Source: Octopus bimaculoides
Taxonomy: Eukaryota
DNA: 48,420 nucleotides
Assembly: GCF_001194135.2 (NCBI RefSeq)
Contig: NC_068991.1
Location: forward strand, 74,739,093-74,787,512
Reading direction: 5' to 3'
Both the position numbers and the translations under genes were made by a program. Each line of letters starts with the position of its first letter. Within the stretch, counting starts at the first letter, position 1. The notes beneath the pieces were generated by a model. That model was not told the origin of the DNA. It saw only the letters and a program-made list of their open reading frames with translations, and searched no databases. Shown piece by piece: positions 36,121 through 48,420 of this stretch.

Positions 36121-37929
36121 ATTATTATTCTTTCCCTAATCTTGAGAAATTAGGCTTCTCAAAACCAGAAAGGAGAAAGCTGATTCGGAGACTGCTGATC
36201 CAATCATCACTGGAACTGTAAAAATCTGTAAAACTTTTCAGAAGTTTATCATTTAAATATATATGAGCATGTCTAGATATGCAACTATATGCATGAGAAT
36301 GCATACATACAATGTACAAATCTGCACATACATACATACATACATACATACATACATAAATAAATAAAAACAAAGATATCCTGTTGTTGATGTTGAAATT
36401 CCAATGAAGGAACCTTGGATCTAGGTTAGAAACCAGTTCTTTCTCTATTGGCAAGAAATCTTGAAATAAAACTAAATAATGACATACATACATACATACA
36501 TACATACATACATACATGTATTTATGTGTGAACGCATGCACATGCATACATGCATGCTCACACATACTCACATGGCAGGCTTCTTTGCAGTTTCCAACTA
36601 CCAATTTCACTCATAAATATTGGTCAGTCCAAGCTTTTAGTAGAAGATACTCACCCAAGGTGTCATGCAATGAAATCGATCTCAAAGCTATGGTGTTGCC
36701 AAACAAACCTCTTAACCCCATAAGCATGCTTTCATGTGCTTAATTTAGTTTTTTTTATTACTTAATCATAGGAGGAAGGGCAAATGACCCTTTTCAGGGC
36801 CTTGAACCTGAAGTGAGGAAGATGAGAAGTTCTTCTTAGACTGCAGCCCTGGCCTGACTGCCTGCAACAGAGTTGGCTCTACTAAAGGCTTGCAAGGGCC
36901 ATGCAGTGGTGTTAAAGCAGAAAATACACAGATTAGGAATGGTTCCTTCAACAGTCTGTTTCTTTCTACCAAGTTTTACTCAGTAACACTTCAGTGTTAC
37001 TCTGCCCGTAGCAGAGAACACCGGGCCCATGTACTGCATACACAATAGGATTGAACCTGATGCAATATGGTTTGGAAAGTGAACTTATTAACCATAATGT
37101 ACTATGTTGTTTTTACCTTATTTTTCTTATTATGAACCCTAATTTTATTGTGTTTCTCCCTCGTCTGTTACATACCAAACGATATTATAAGTAAGAGATA
37201 GGTAACAACAAGGTGGCAGTTTTGCATCCCGACACTTGGTTCTTTGATGTTGTTAGTCCACTCTTTTGCAGGCATTCAGACCAGATCCTTCCCCTTCCCC
37301 ACTTCTATCCTGAACCACATTTATCTTTCCTACAGACATTTGGCTGGCCATCAGTCATAGCAATCACAACTCCAAGACTAACAGATTCCTATATTCCAAA
37401 AGATCTTTACGGATGCTGCTACTTTCACTCAAACTCTCTGTTTGCCCTCCACCTTTAAAATATATTTTTAGTCATGGAAAAATTTGGAGACTATTCAACT
37501 TGTTAACTTTATTCAATTAGTATTATAAATGGCTTAATTAGCAATGTTGTCTTCAGTTTATTTCAGTCTGAATAAGTTGTAATTAACAAGGAAAAAGTGT
37601 TCTGAAAAACCTGAGATATTTGAAATGTTATAACATTTTTGGTTTATTAAAGACAAATTGTTCTTAGAGTTAATAATACAATTTTTGCTAATTTAGTAAC
37701 AGTTAAATAAAAATTTGAAATTAACTTATTAAAAAACAAAGCAAATTTTGTAAAATTGCAGTGATCTGCATATGTGTCTTGATCAGGTCTGACAGACAAA
37801 TAAAAGGGCTGTTTCTGTGAGCCCCTTTTGTAGATGACCTCAGCAACGATAGATAGTGTCTTCTTTATCACAAATGGTATCTTTAACATATTTTGGGCAA
37901 GACCATAATAATGTTTATTCCAGTGTATA

Positions 37930-38070
37930 TGGTGACTGAGGACATGGTACAAGGAATGAAGAAGAATCCAAGCTGTTGGAGTTCTGTGATGCAAATATGG
38001 TAACCCCCTGCAACCATTGGCTGTAGGAATGCTGCCAGCCAACTAATTACCTCTCAAGCAGGTGAACAAG
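37930..38070 (+). mobile_element. RTE LINE apurinic-endonuclease domain relic
   Basis: GHGTRNEEESKLLEFCDAN...CN...PASQLITSQAG resembles the RTE APE motif GxRNxEGxxLLEFC...N...HLITY. Confidence 0.6.
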
Positions 38071-38189
38071 AAATGATATAGGCAACTAGTTGTGAATACT
38101 ACATTTTTGTTTAGTGAAGAATGTACCATTCACCTTAAACTAGGAATTAATGGCATCAGAGTAAGAGCCTGAAAGGTCACTAAATGCAC

Positions 38190-38735
38190 AAGAAAGATTG
38201 TTGCCATAGTAATGAAGCTAAAGCACACAGAGTGAAGCCACTTGGCACAGACTGACCTTGAGCTCTGCTGTATATGCACACTAAGTTTTAACATTCTAGC
38301 TCACTTCCAGTGTTTAGAGCAGTGCTTGGAAGGAATGTGTGTAGTGTGTGATCATTGCATTGACCATGACAGAGGAAGTTGAGCAGAAAACCTGCATCAA
38401 ATTTTGCCAAAAGCTTGGCAATACCTGCTCAGAGGCTTACAAAATGTTTTCAAAAAGTTTTCATTGTTTTTGACACAATCAAGGAGATCTTGTGCAACTG
38501 AAACCTGACAGTCTTTTTGGTCAGCTGAAAGTAGTTTTGGCATAAACTCGGCAGACATGCGTTTCATATCAAAATCTTCTGTGATAAATGACTGAACTGA
38601 ACACTAAGTGATTTGACGATTTCCCCTTACAGCTGCACACATATTTGCGATGTTTTTCTCAATTCTGCTGGTTGCAGATCTCCCGGAACATTTGCCAATA
38701 TCAACATTTTTTCAGCCATCTTGGAAACATCTGAA
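38190..38735. mobile_element. mariner relic with internal inversion
   Basis: The plus strand gives MTEEVEQKTCIK-FCQKLGNTCSEAY up to about 38445. The minus strand at 38735-38446 gives FQDG...SGRSATSRIEKNI...ITEDFDMKRMSAEFMPKLLSADQK...AQDLLDCVKNNENFLK, where FMPKLL corresponds to the mariner WVPxxL linker. Confidence 0.75.
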
Positions 38736-38861
38736 CACATGAAATAAATTCTTTAATATTCTTCAAAGGCTTTGCGAAGGTAGCTGATTGCTTCTAGGAC
38801 ACACATGAAATAAACTCTTTAAAATGTTTCAAAGGCTTTGCAGAGGTAGCTGATTGCTTCT
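38735..38861 (+). repeat. Tandem duplication, period about 66 bp, two copies
   Basis: acacatgaaataaa(t/c)tctttaa...tcaaaggctttgc...ggtagctgattgcttct occurs twice. Confidence 0.85.
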
Positions 38862-38889
38862 GTTACCTTTGTGATTTAATTAACTGTAG

Positions 38890-39210
38890 AGATGAATGAC
38901 CATTGAAAGCACTGAATGAAAGAAAAATGAGGAAAGCTGGAAAGAAAAGAGTTGAGCAGATTCCACCAGAGGTGTGATGTCAGTGTGCATGAACGGTAAG
39001 GCATAAATGTGGTGAGAGTAAAACAGGGTACAAAAGGAATTGGATGCGCTGTGCAAGAGAAATAACACATTTGTGCAGGCATGGTCTGTATGGAGAATGA
39101 ATAATGGGGAAAGAAATGTCCAGTAGTCCAAGTGGTAGAAATCTGTGAAAGAGTAAGACTTGAGAAATACATTGAAGGGGAGAAAGCTGATCTCAAGAGG
39201 CTAAATGTAG
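38890..39210 (+). mobile_element. Degenerate RTE LINE ORF C-terminal relic
   Basis: tgtcagtgtgcatgaacgg...gctgtgcaagaga...ggcatggtc...gctgatctcaagagg resembles the RTE C-terminal region. Heavily decayed. Confidence 0.45.
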
Positions 39211-39229
39211 TGAATGAAATTACAAAAAA

Positions 39230-40270
39230 CTGCAACACTTGGGCTGTTTGATGAATAGGTTGTACGCAACAACAGATAAAAATGAAATAATGTTGGGAGT
39301 TTTCATTGATCTCAGTAAGGCATTTGATACTATACCACATGACATTTTACTGAAAAAATTGGAAGTCATAGGGATAAGAGGTAAACAATTGGAACTTTTT
39401 AGAAGCTACTTGTAGAATAGGGGAAGACAATGTAAACTGTGGTGTTCTACAGGGGGTCTGTGCTTGGCCCTGTGCTGCCTGACTGGCCCCTGTGCTGGTG
39501 GTATGTAAAATGCACCCACTACACTCTCAGAGTGGTTGGCATTAGGAAGGGCATCTAGCTGTAGAAACATTGCCAGATCAGATTGGAGCCTGGTACGGCC
39601 TCCTGGCTTGCCAGACTTCAGTCAAACTGCCCAACCCATGCCAACATGGAAAGCAGACATTAAACAATAATGATGATAATGATGATGATAAATGACCTGC
39701 CTAATATTATAAATAAAAAAAAAAAGTGAAATTCTTATGTTTGTTGACGATATGAGTATTTATGTATGAGGCTGGTCCCTTGGAGAACTGATCTCTACTA
39801 TGAACGACATTATGAATGATGTTATGGAATGGTTGAGACTTAATAGACTGTCATTAGATATTGATAAAACCAATTCCGTTGTTTTTAAGCCAGCACAGAA
39901 GAATATTGATTTGGTAAATGAAGTAATGATAAATGGTTCCCCTGTAAAAAGGGTTAATTGCATTAAATTTTGGGGTGTAACAATTAATGAAGATCTGAGC
40001 TGGAAGAATCACGTTGAGGAAGGAGCCAGTAAAATGTCATGATTGATAGGGATTACTTTTAAAATACGGCCATTTGGGAATAACAAAGCTATTCTTAGAT
40101 TGTACAACTCCTTAATGTATCCAGTAATGATTTACATGAATGTAGTGTGGTGTAACAAACACAATTATTTGATAAATAAAATATTTTTGTATCAAATAAA
40201 AATACTTTAGAATATTGGGTGGTATGCATTACTTAGCACATACTGGTCCACATTTTAAGAAATATAAAAT
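39230..40270 (+). mobile_element. L2/CR1-group LINE reverse transcriptase pseudogene, split by an insertion
   Basis: Motifs in RT order: LGVFIDLSKAFDTIPHDILLKKL, GVLQGSVLGPVL, INDLP, FVDD (YADD box), WLRLNRLSLDIDKT, FWGVTINEDLSWKNHV, LYNSLMYP. Contains stops and frameshifts. Confidence 0.85.
39478..39688 (+). mobile_element. RTE 3' UTR fragment inserted inside the L2/CR1 RT
   Basis: Sits between the GSVLGPVL and INDLP codons and has a (GAT)n tail. Confidence 0.75.
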
Positions 40271-41631
40271 CTCAACTATATTTAAAATCAATGGAAAAAG
40301 ATTGTCCTTCTTTGCCCATAAATGGCAACCTGATATGTACCAGCCTTTCCTCTCAAAAAAAAAAAAAAAAAGAAATGATAAACTTTGAAGTCAATTGCAA
40401 GAAAAGTCAAGATCAAAATAATTTGTTTGTTGAAAGAATTAATCGTAATAGATTTAAAAACATGCTAGATCATACATCATGCTCGATTTACAATAGTCTT
40501 ACAATAGAAATCAAAACCATTAGAAATATAGATTTGAAGGCAAACCTGACTGTGCCACTGGAATACATAACAGAAATTGGTGAGCTCATTTCCATCTTTT
40601 CTTGTTTTATTTGGTAAGGAATGACCTTGGTCTCCTACAGTATGTGCACACTGGAGGATTCGTCTAGATAATAAATGTTAATTTTCATTCATGATTGCAA
40701 GTCAACATGCTACTTGAAATGCTTTAACACTTTTTAAGTTGTCCTACAATGTCTGATACTATAAGTCTGCACTAACCAATATGTCTCATCGTTGCAGATA
40801 GGTTGTGTGTCAAAGGATCGACATCTTTATTGCATATCGTAGCCTCATAGCCATAAATAAAGAATAAAATAAAATGTGCTGGAAAAGATCCAGTATGGAA
40901 GAAAACAGATGTAAAATTGATGATGGATAATGTTGGTCTACATGATGTCTAAATTTAAAGATATTGTGGTTTAGTAGGTGGAATTATGAAAATCAAAAGA
41001 TTGACTAAAATAATATAAAATGAAGTGGAAAAATAGCTAAATTATGTATGATGCAGAATTGCTTATTTTTGAATTATTCAAAATATCTTTGTAAGAAGGA
41101 AAGCTCGTTAAAAGGTTAAAGTTCACAAGTTTAATATAAATTACATAACAACAAAGAAAAAAAATAATATTTCAAACAGGTTTTCGTTAGAAACACTTAA
41201 CATATTAAGGCAAAAGTTTGAAAAAAACATTAAACTATTTGTGGTGGTTTTATTTGGAAATCTATAAGTAATTGCTGAATAATTTTATTGCATAAATAGT
41301 TATCCTATTTTTATTGTTTCATTTTTTCGGTTATTGCTTCCTAGTTTTCTCTTTTAGTGGATGTTAATATTTAATGTAAATTACCGTTAAATTATGATTG
41401 CTTTTTCGTAAATATTCATTGAAATGTCACTTGTGTTCATTTAGCGTTGACAAATTTCACGCATTGAAATAAAACAATATTTGGTTTTTGTATCTTAGCA
41501 TCTAATATTCATGAAACAACTGAATGAAATATTTCCTTATTTGTTTCTGCTGACATATAATTTCTGTTGAGTCAAATTACTTTGGAAATGGTTACACTGT
41601 GACATAGTTTCAGTCTTTAGTCGAGTCTTAA

Positions 41632-41853
41632 CCCTTTCGTTACCGTATTTATTTTGAGATGCTCTGTGTTTCTTTCAATTAATTTTAAATATAACAAAGA
41701 ATTTAGTCAAATAACTTAGTTATCATTAAGCTAGTGTTAGGAACATAAATTGTGACTAAGGTTTGGTGGAAGATTTTAATTCAAAACTTATGGAAACAAG
41801 ACATTCATACTACAGAGCCAGAACTGGTTTCAGCCAGGTTGGTAATGAATGGG
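41632..41853 (+). mobile_element. piggyBac-like MITE, same family as 13187
   Basis: TTAA|CCCTTTCGTTACC ... GGTAATGAATGGG|TTAA. A diverged 3' half lies at about 42660-42791. Confidence 0.85.
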
Positions 41854-42904
41854 TTAAGACAATAATACAAGAAAGCAATTACTTCCTCCTCCAAAAGCCT
41901 CATTACTGTGGCTCTAACAGGTCCAAGAACTTAGAAGTTCTTGGACCTGTTACCATTTTCAACTTCCTTCTTTTATAGTTAGACATTGAATTTGGGGTCA
42001 AACGGACTCTTTTTCTTCTACCATTACATGATCCAGGTTCAGTCCCACTGCGTGGCACCTTGGACAAGCATCTTCTACTCCAGCCTTGGGCCGGCTTGTG
42101 AGTGGATTTGGTAGAAAGGAACTTAAAGAAGCCCATCATACATGTGCATGTGTGTATGTGTATGTCATTTCTTTGTTTGTTCCCCACAATGGTTTAACAA
42201 TCAGTGCTGGTTTGTTTACATCCTCATGGCTTAACAGTTCAGCAAAAGAGACCAATAGAACAGTATCAGGCTTAAAAAGAAAACGAACACACACATATAT
42301 GCACATGTACAACAGGCTTCTTTTAATTGTTTCATTCATTAAACTGTGGCCATGTTGGGGCATCACCTTGAAGAGTATTTAGTTGAATGCAATAATCCTA
42401 CTCCTTTTTTAGTCCTTTTTTTTTAGTTCCTTTTTTTTTAAAGCCTGGTACTATTCTACTGGTCTCTTTTGCTGAACTGCTAAGCTATGAGGATGTAAAC
42501 AAACCAACACTGGTTGTTAAACCATTGTGGGGAACCAAACACAGAAACACACACACACACATGCGTGTGTGTGCGCACACATGTATGACAGGCTAATTTT
42601 AGTTTCTGTCTACCAAATCCACTCACATGTTGGCCTGTTGGAAAGTAAAATAACTTTCTCATTATTAAGCTGGGGTCTGGAACAAATTAGCATAAAATTT
42701 TGATGGAAGATTATAATTTAGACAACTTTAAAACAGTAAGTTCCTGTCATAGAACCTGGGGGCGATCACAGGTGGGTTGGTATTGAAAGGGTTAAGTGGG
42801 TTGCTGTAAGGAATGGTATGCAACCATACAAGCCATGCCAAATGTATGTGTGAGGTATGATCCTCTGATCATACATATGAGAGAAGTAAATTTGAATAAG
42901 ATGA

Positions 42905-43247
42905 AAAATGGCACCTGTGCCCAGCGTCGCCTTTCTGGGACTTGTGCCCACGGCATGTGTAAGGACTTTCGAGCAAGATCGTTGCCAGTGCCCCTGGACT
43001 GGCTCTTGTGCAGGTGGCACATAAAATACACCATTTTGAGGGTGGCCGTTGCCAGTACCGCCCGACTGGCCTTCGTGCCAGTGGCACATAAAAGCACCCA
43101 CTACACTCTCTGAGTGGTTGGTGTTAGGAAGGGCATCCCGCTGTAGAAACTCTGCCAAATCAGATTGGATCCTAGTGTAGCCATCTGGTTCACCAGTCCT
43201 CAGTCAAATCGTCCAACCCATGCTAGCATGGAAAGGGGACGTTAAAC

Positions 43248-43280
<33 letters not shown>
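42905..43280 (+). mobile_element. RTE LINE 3' UTR fragment with (GAT)n tail
   Basis: gtggcacataaaagcacccactacactc...ggacgttaaacgatgatgat(n). Confidence 0.75.
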
Positions 43281-44343
43281 AAAATTTGATGAACTATCTA
43301 ACCCATGACTGCATGGAAAGCAGATGTAAAATGATGGTAATGATGTTTGTACACTCTATGAAACAACTGGGGATTGCTTTTATTTCCATCTTATCTTGCT
43401 GTTTTATTACAAGCAAGCAAAACAAGATTTTGCAGTGATTTTGTTGCAGATGTTAGCATCGTTTTTCCACCATTTGTTGATGAGGTGGGTTGGGAGCTGC
43501 GGCGGTGGTGGTGGTGGTGGTGGTGGTGGAGAGAAGATCGAAACAGTGTTTATAAGAATATTAGCTTCACTTTCTGTCCAGTTATGTTTGCTTCATGCTT
43601 CACATGTGTTGCTAACCATATTTAGAAGATGGTAAACGATCACATTGGAAGTACGTAATTAATTAGCTAATCAAATGATTTCTATTTTTCACCATTTTGT
43701 TTTCTTTGTGTGGCAGATAGCCTTTCTTTTTCTTTTTACTGGATTGTTTTGGTTGTTTCTTTGCACTCTGGATGTTTATGAACAGTGGTAGGAAGTGATG
43801 TTTCGTTAATTAGCATTTAAGCAGTTAATAATGGATTAAAGAGATATTTGTTGTTATAGTTTATTTGTTATTTACTTGTATATTTTATCAGATTCATTCT
43901 TGCTTGTTTGCACAATTGGTTGTTATGAGAAGCGATGGAGACCGAATCTACTTAAGAATTTATGAATGGGTTACGCAATTAATAATGCATGCACTGATAA
44001 TTAAGGATTATAAGCATTTTGTGTTATAGGCAGAAAAGAAAAAAACACATACAAACATATATATTTGTGGAGAAATGGATGCATGTTTGTTTGTGTGTAA
44101 GCACACACACACACACACACACACTTCTTTTCTTTCATCTGTCTCAAGTTATTGAACTTTGGCAATGCTGGGGGCAATATCTTGAATAGTTTATATGATT
44201 AAATCATCCCTAGTGCTTATTTTAAGTTGGGTATTTATTGTAGCAATCATTTTTTACTGAATTGCTTGGAGGTTTAATGATAATATGCACCCAGTACACA
44301 TGGTACCATGAGGTAATGTAGTAACACAAGGAAACACTAACAC

Positions 44344-44380
<37 letters not shown>

Positions 44381-44507
44381 GAGCAGGCGCATAGATGCAA
44401 AATAAGGTGGGAAAATACCAAAGGTTGAGTAATATGCTGTTTATTAAAGCTGAAAACAATTTTCACAAATGGTTATGAAGAGTTTCAAGTGACTATTCAT
44501 ATATATA

Positions 44508-44800
44508 TATCATCATCTTCATCATTGTTTAAAGTCTGTCTCCCATGCATGCATGGGTAGGATGGTTGACAGGAGCCGGCCAGGTAGAAGACTACCCCAG
44601 GCTACTGTATCCATTTTGGCAGGAGCTTTACAGTTGGATGCCCTTCCTAACACCAACTATGCTGTAGAGTAGACTCGGTTCTTTTATATGGTATCGTTTT
44701 TACTGCTGAATGTCCTTTCAAATGCCAACCATTTTACAGTGTTGACTAGATGCTTTTTACATAGCACCAGCACTAGTAGGGTAACCAAATAACTTGCAAG
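44508..44800 (-). mobile_element. RTE LINE 3' UTR fragment, diverged
   Basis: catcatcttcatcattgtttaaagtctg...ggatgcccttcctaacaccaac. Confidence 0.65.
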
Positions 44801-44806
44801 ACAAGG

Positions 44807-44844
<38 letters not shown>

Positions 44845-45343
44845 NNNNNNNNNNNNNNNNNNNNNNNNNNNNNNNNNNNNNNNNNNNNNNNNNNNNNNNN
44901 NNNNNNNNNNNNNNNNNNNNNNNNNNNNNNNNNNNNNNNNNNNNNNNNNNNNNNNNNNNNNNNNNNNNNNNNNNNNNNNNNNNNNNNNNNNNNNNNNNNN
45001 NNNNNNNNNNNNNNNNNNNNNNNNNNNNNNNNNNNNNNNNNNNNNNNNNNNNNNNNNNNNNNNNNNNNNNNNNNNNNNNNNNNNNNNNNNNNNNNNNNNN
45101 NNNNNNNNNNNNNNNNNNNNNNNNNNNNNNNNNNNNNNNNNNNNNNNNNNNNNNNNNNNNNNNNNNNNNNNNNNNNNNNNNNNNNNNNNNNNNNNNNNNN
45201 NNNNNNNNNNNNNNNNNNNNNNNNNNNNNNNNNNNNNNNNNNNNNNNNNNNNNNNNNNNNNNNNNNNNNNNNNNNNNNNNNNNNNNNNNNNNNNNNNNNN
45301 NNNNNNNNNNNNNNNNNNNNNNNNNNNNNNNNNNNNNNNNNNN

Positions 45344-45391
<48 letters not shown>

Positions 45392-45465
45392 GTACACAAA
45401 CAGAAGTCTGTAGGTATCTGTGCATGCATACATGTGCATGTGTGTATGCCTATATATGATATATC

Positions 45466-45498
<33 letters not shown>

Positions 45499-46348
45499 TT
45501 TTGTGTTTTTGTGTGTTAATATTTGTATGGAACCCAGTGTTCAACAGACTTTGTTCATAATTGTTGACTAACACAATTACCAGACTTGAGTCCTCTGTCT
45601 GTCTGTATGTACGTATGTACGTATGTATGTATGAATGATACAATACAACATGACACCCACACCCACACACGTCATGAATTCCTATTCACTTGTAAGGATA
45701 TTAAACAAAAGCAGCTGAACGACAAACATTTGATAGACAAGCAGGTGGCAGTGTTCATTTGAATAATGATCTTATAATTTAATTCACAAACAATGAGATG
45801 ATAAATTCTTTTATTAAAACAGCACAGAGCAGTTTATCATACATATTCAAACATGAGAAAACTGCCGAGTAAACAAGTTTTTATTTCCATATTTTTCATA
45901 GTTGACATATAAATATATGTGATTGAAAATGTCATGAAGATTAGAAGAGAATTGTATAAATAGTCTTCAACCTTTTGGTTCTTCTTGAAGAATGGTTCTA
46001 GTTAAAGAATTTCTTGGGTCTTTTCTCATTCCATCGGAACTTGAGTAACTGTTTTGATTGGTTGCTGTGAGAACGTCTGTGTAGGATAGTATTTCTGTAG
46101 TGTACGGCATCATCATCATCGTCGTTTTGATGTCCATGTTTTGCATAGGATCAGATGGTATTTGTTGAGACAGATTTCCCGTGGTTGGATGCCCTTCCTC
46201 TAGCTAACTCCTACTTGTTTCTTAGCCAGGTAGTATTTCCGCATGACCAGACATGTTTTCACTGAAGTGAGGGACACTGCTTGAATGATAAGTGATATTC
46301 ATTTTATATTCTCTGTATGCACAGACATGAACATATGTATACACGTGT

Positions 46349-46389
<41 letters not shown>

Positions 46390-48379
46390 AAGCTTCTTTC
46401 AATCTCCATCTAACAAAATTCATTCACACACAAGGATTTAATTGTTCTGGAGATGCACCCTGCAGACACTTCATCAAAGTGCCGTTTGGTAGGATTGAAC
46501 CTGAGGCCACAGGGTTGGGTAGTGAACAGGTAAGGAGTGAGAGAAATTCAGCAATAGTTTCAACACGAACATGTCTTTTTACTCTTGGTAATTTTCCTGT
46601 CTCTGTCTATAATTTCGTCTCCTGAGACCATATTGATTTATCTTGTCTGATTGGTCATTTAGAAATAGCTATTTTAACCAATAAGGAAGCATGCTTGAAT
46701 CACATGGCATAGATATTGCTTCGCCTCTGCTATCTTAGGATGAAGAATATGTCAGAAGAGGTGCAAAATTTTAGCACGATTACTCATTATTATTTACTGA
46801 TTGTCCACAGTGTTTCCCTGTTGCTTGCAACATAGCTGTGCACATGTGTTAATGTGTCCAACAAAACAATATATTATTAATCCTTTTGTTACTTCATCCC
46901 TTTTGAATTATACTGTCTTTGTATATTCGTATTCGTTATATTTTCAAAATAACGAATCAGCTATCAAAATAATTCTGTCATTATTAAACTGGTATTTGAG
47001 AGATAAATTAACAGGAAGTTTTGATGGCAGACTTAGATTTAGATCACTTCAAAACAAGAAGCTTGCATCATAAAACTAGATGATGAATGTAATAGTTTAT
47101 ATAGTTATGCAACACATATATATTAATTTGAATATTTGCCCTATGGATGATTCTTCCATTTTGGGTTCCTTTTGGATACTCATCTGGAGCGCAATAGCTT
47201 CCAAACTAGGTTATTGTAAGGTTTATATAGAAATATTCAAATTAGCAGAAAAAAAAAACAAAAAAAAACAAGTAGCTACTACCTCGTTCCCTAAAATTTA
47301 TCCTTCTTTCTCCAAAAGGAAAAGAAATTTTAAAATTATGGGCTGTGTAAACAAGGTGGCCTCATGTAATACATAAATTAGCTTGAAAAAAAAGCCTTAA
47401 ATGAAATTTAGCAATTATTTAAGAAGTAAATCTTTGCTGAAAAATAAATTAAAAAAAAAATATTAGATTTTTTTTGTAAAAAGAAACAAAAGATCAATTA
47501 CTTGAGTTACACTGTTTAGTGTTAAACATCCAAAACAAGAATTAAAATGTAATTGTAATGTAATATATTTAAATTTAATTACTGGTTGGACTTTATACCA
47601 TTCTGTAACTTAATTCATTGAGTTCATTCATTGACTTCAAGTTATTTCTAATTTGTTGAACAAGTTTGTATGGTCTTTATTATTCTGTAACTATTAGTAT
47701 TATTACTAACTTGAATAAAATTTATTTAAAAATGCTTCAAAAGGGTTAAAGGTAAATTAAAAGAATGGTTGAGAAACCAACACAAAATACTGTTTCAAAA
47801 AGTCACACATATAACTATGTTGTATAAATGTGTGTGTGTGTGTGTGTGTGTGTATGAGGGGCAAAAGCAAACATATGATGAGATTCCAAGATGGCAGTCC
47901 ATCTTCTAATCCAAGACACAGGAAAATTCAAGAATGAAGGTACACCAGTAATTAAATGAATGAGTTGGACAGATACGAAGGTTTTCATCTTAACTCCTCC
48001 TTATAGCTTCTTTGGGTATTCTTGCATTCCTTTCTCTCTTTCATCCAGCATCCCATTCTAAAGAATAATGTCTGAAACACCATAATTAACTCCTGCTATT
48101 TCTCTGAGCAGCTAACTAATAATTTTAGTCACGAACTTATCATTCTGTTTTGTCATTTTTTTTCATTTTTCATCTTTGTTCTTTCACTATTTTCCTACTT
48201 TCACTATATATATGTGTGTATATAGGTTTTGCTGTTAAGTGCTTGATGCTAATGACGAAGAATAATAATATACTAATTTATTGAAATGTATAGATCGTTA
48301 GCAGGCGTTATTATATAGATCTACTTATGCTATATGATTCAAGATGGTCTTCCTATTAATTCCTTTTCAATATATTATG

Positions 48380-48420
<41 letters not shown>

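Noticed and set aside
37200-37460. Possible LINE C-terminal relic on the minus strand
   Set aside because: Only a vague resemblance to RTE-type ends, too decayed to call without a profile search.
48249-48295. Hammerhead-like AUGACGA...GAAAUGUA
   Set aside because: The core is mismatched, the helices are short and A/U-only, and such a match is expected by chance in AT-rich DNA.
35559-48420. Next MON2 exon (QQVVAVG...MLTSKNIQCMR region)
   Set aside because: No matching frame with splice sites was found; it lies beyond the window or in the 44845-45343 gap.

Overview
Eukaryotic, AT-rich and microsatellite-dense genomic scaffold with nine N-gaps. The repeat make-up suggests an octopus or other coleoid cephalopod, which is an inference. 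The window lies inside one large plus-strand gene, MON2 (the large ARF-GEF-like endosome/Golgi trafficking scaffold that partners DOP1). Four coding exons are readable: 641-774, 1995-2148, 15995-16176 and 35356-35558. At least one more exon is required between 16177 and 35355 by both splice phase and homology; I could not find it, and it probably sits in an N-gap. Everything else is intron filled with mobile-element remains: mariner and maT transposase fragments, TTAA-flanked (piggyBac-like), Tigger-like and Tc2-like MITEs, RTE and L2/CR1-type LINE fragments, several tRNA-derived SINE families, and simple repeats. The most unusual observations are two different short palindromic elements carrying minimal, Penelope-type hammerhead ribozyme folds with mutated cores (326-474 and about 17470-17860). 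The second joins a tRNA-like Pol III head to the hammerhead-bearing tail and could be a SINE mobilised by Penelope-like elements. Also notable are a fold-back mariner derivative that keeps its template-switch junction, a 14-bp minisatellite expansion inside a MITE, and candidate alternative splicing (tandem in-frame donors, a 6-nt microexon). Nearly all ORFs in the supplied track are spurious.
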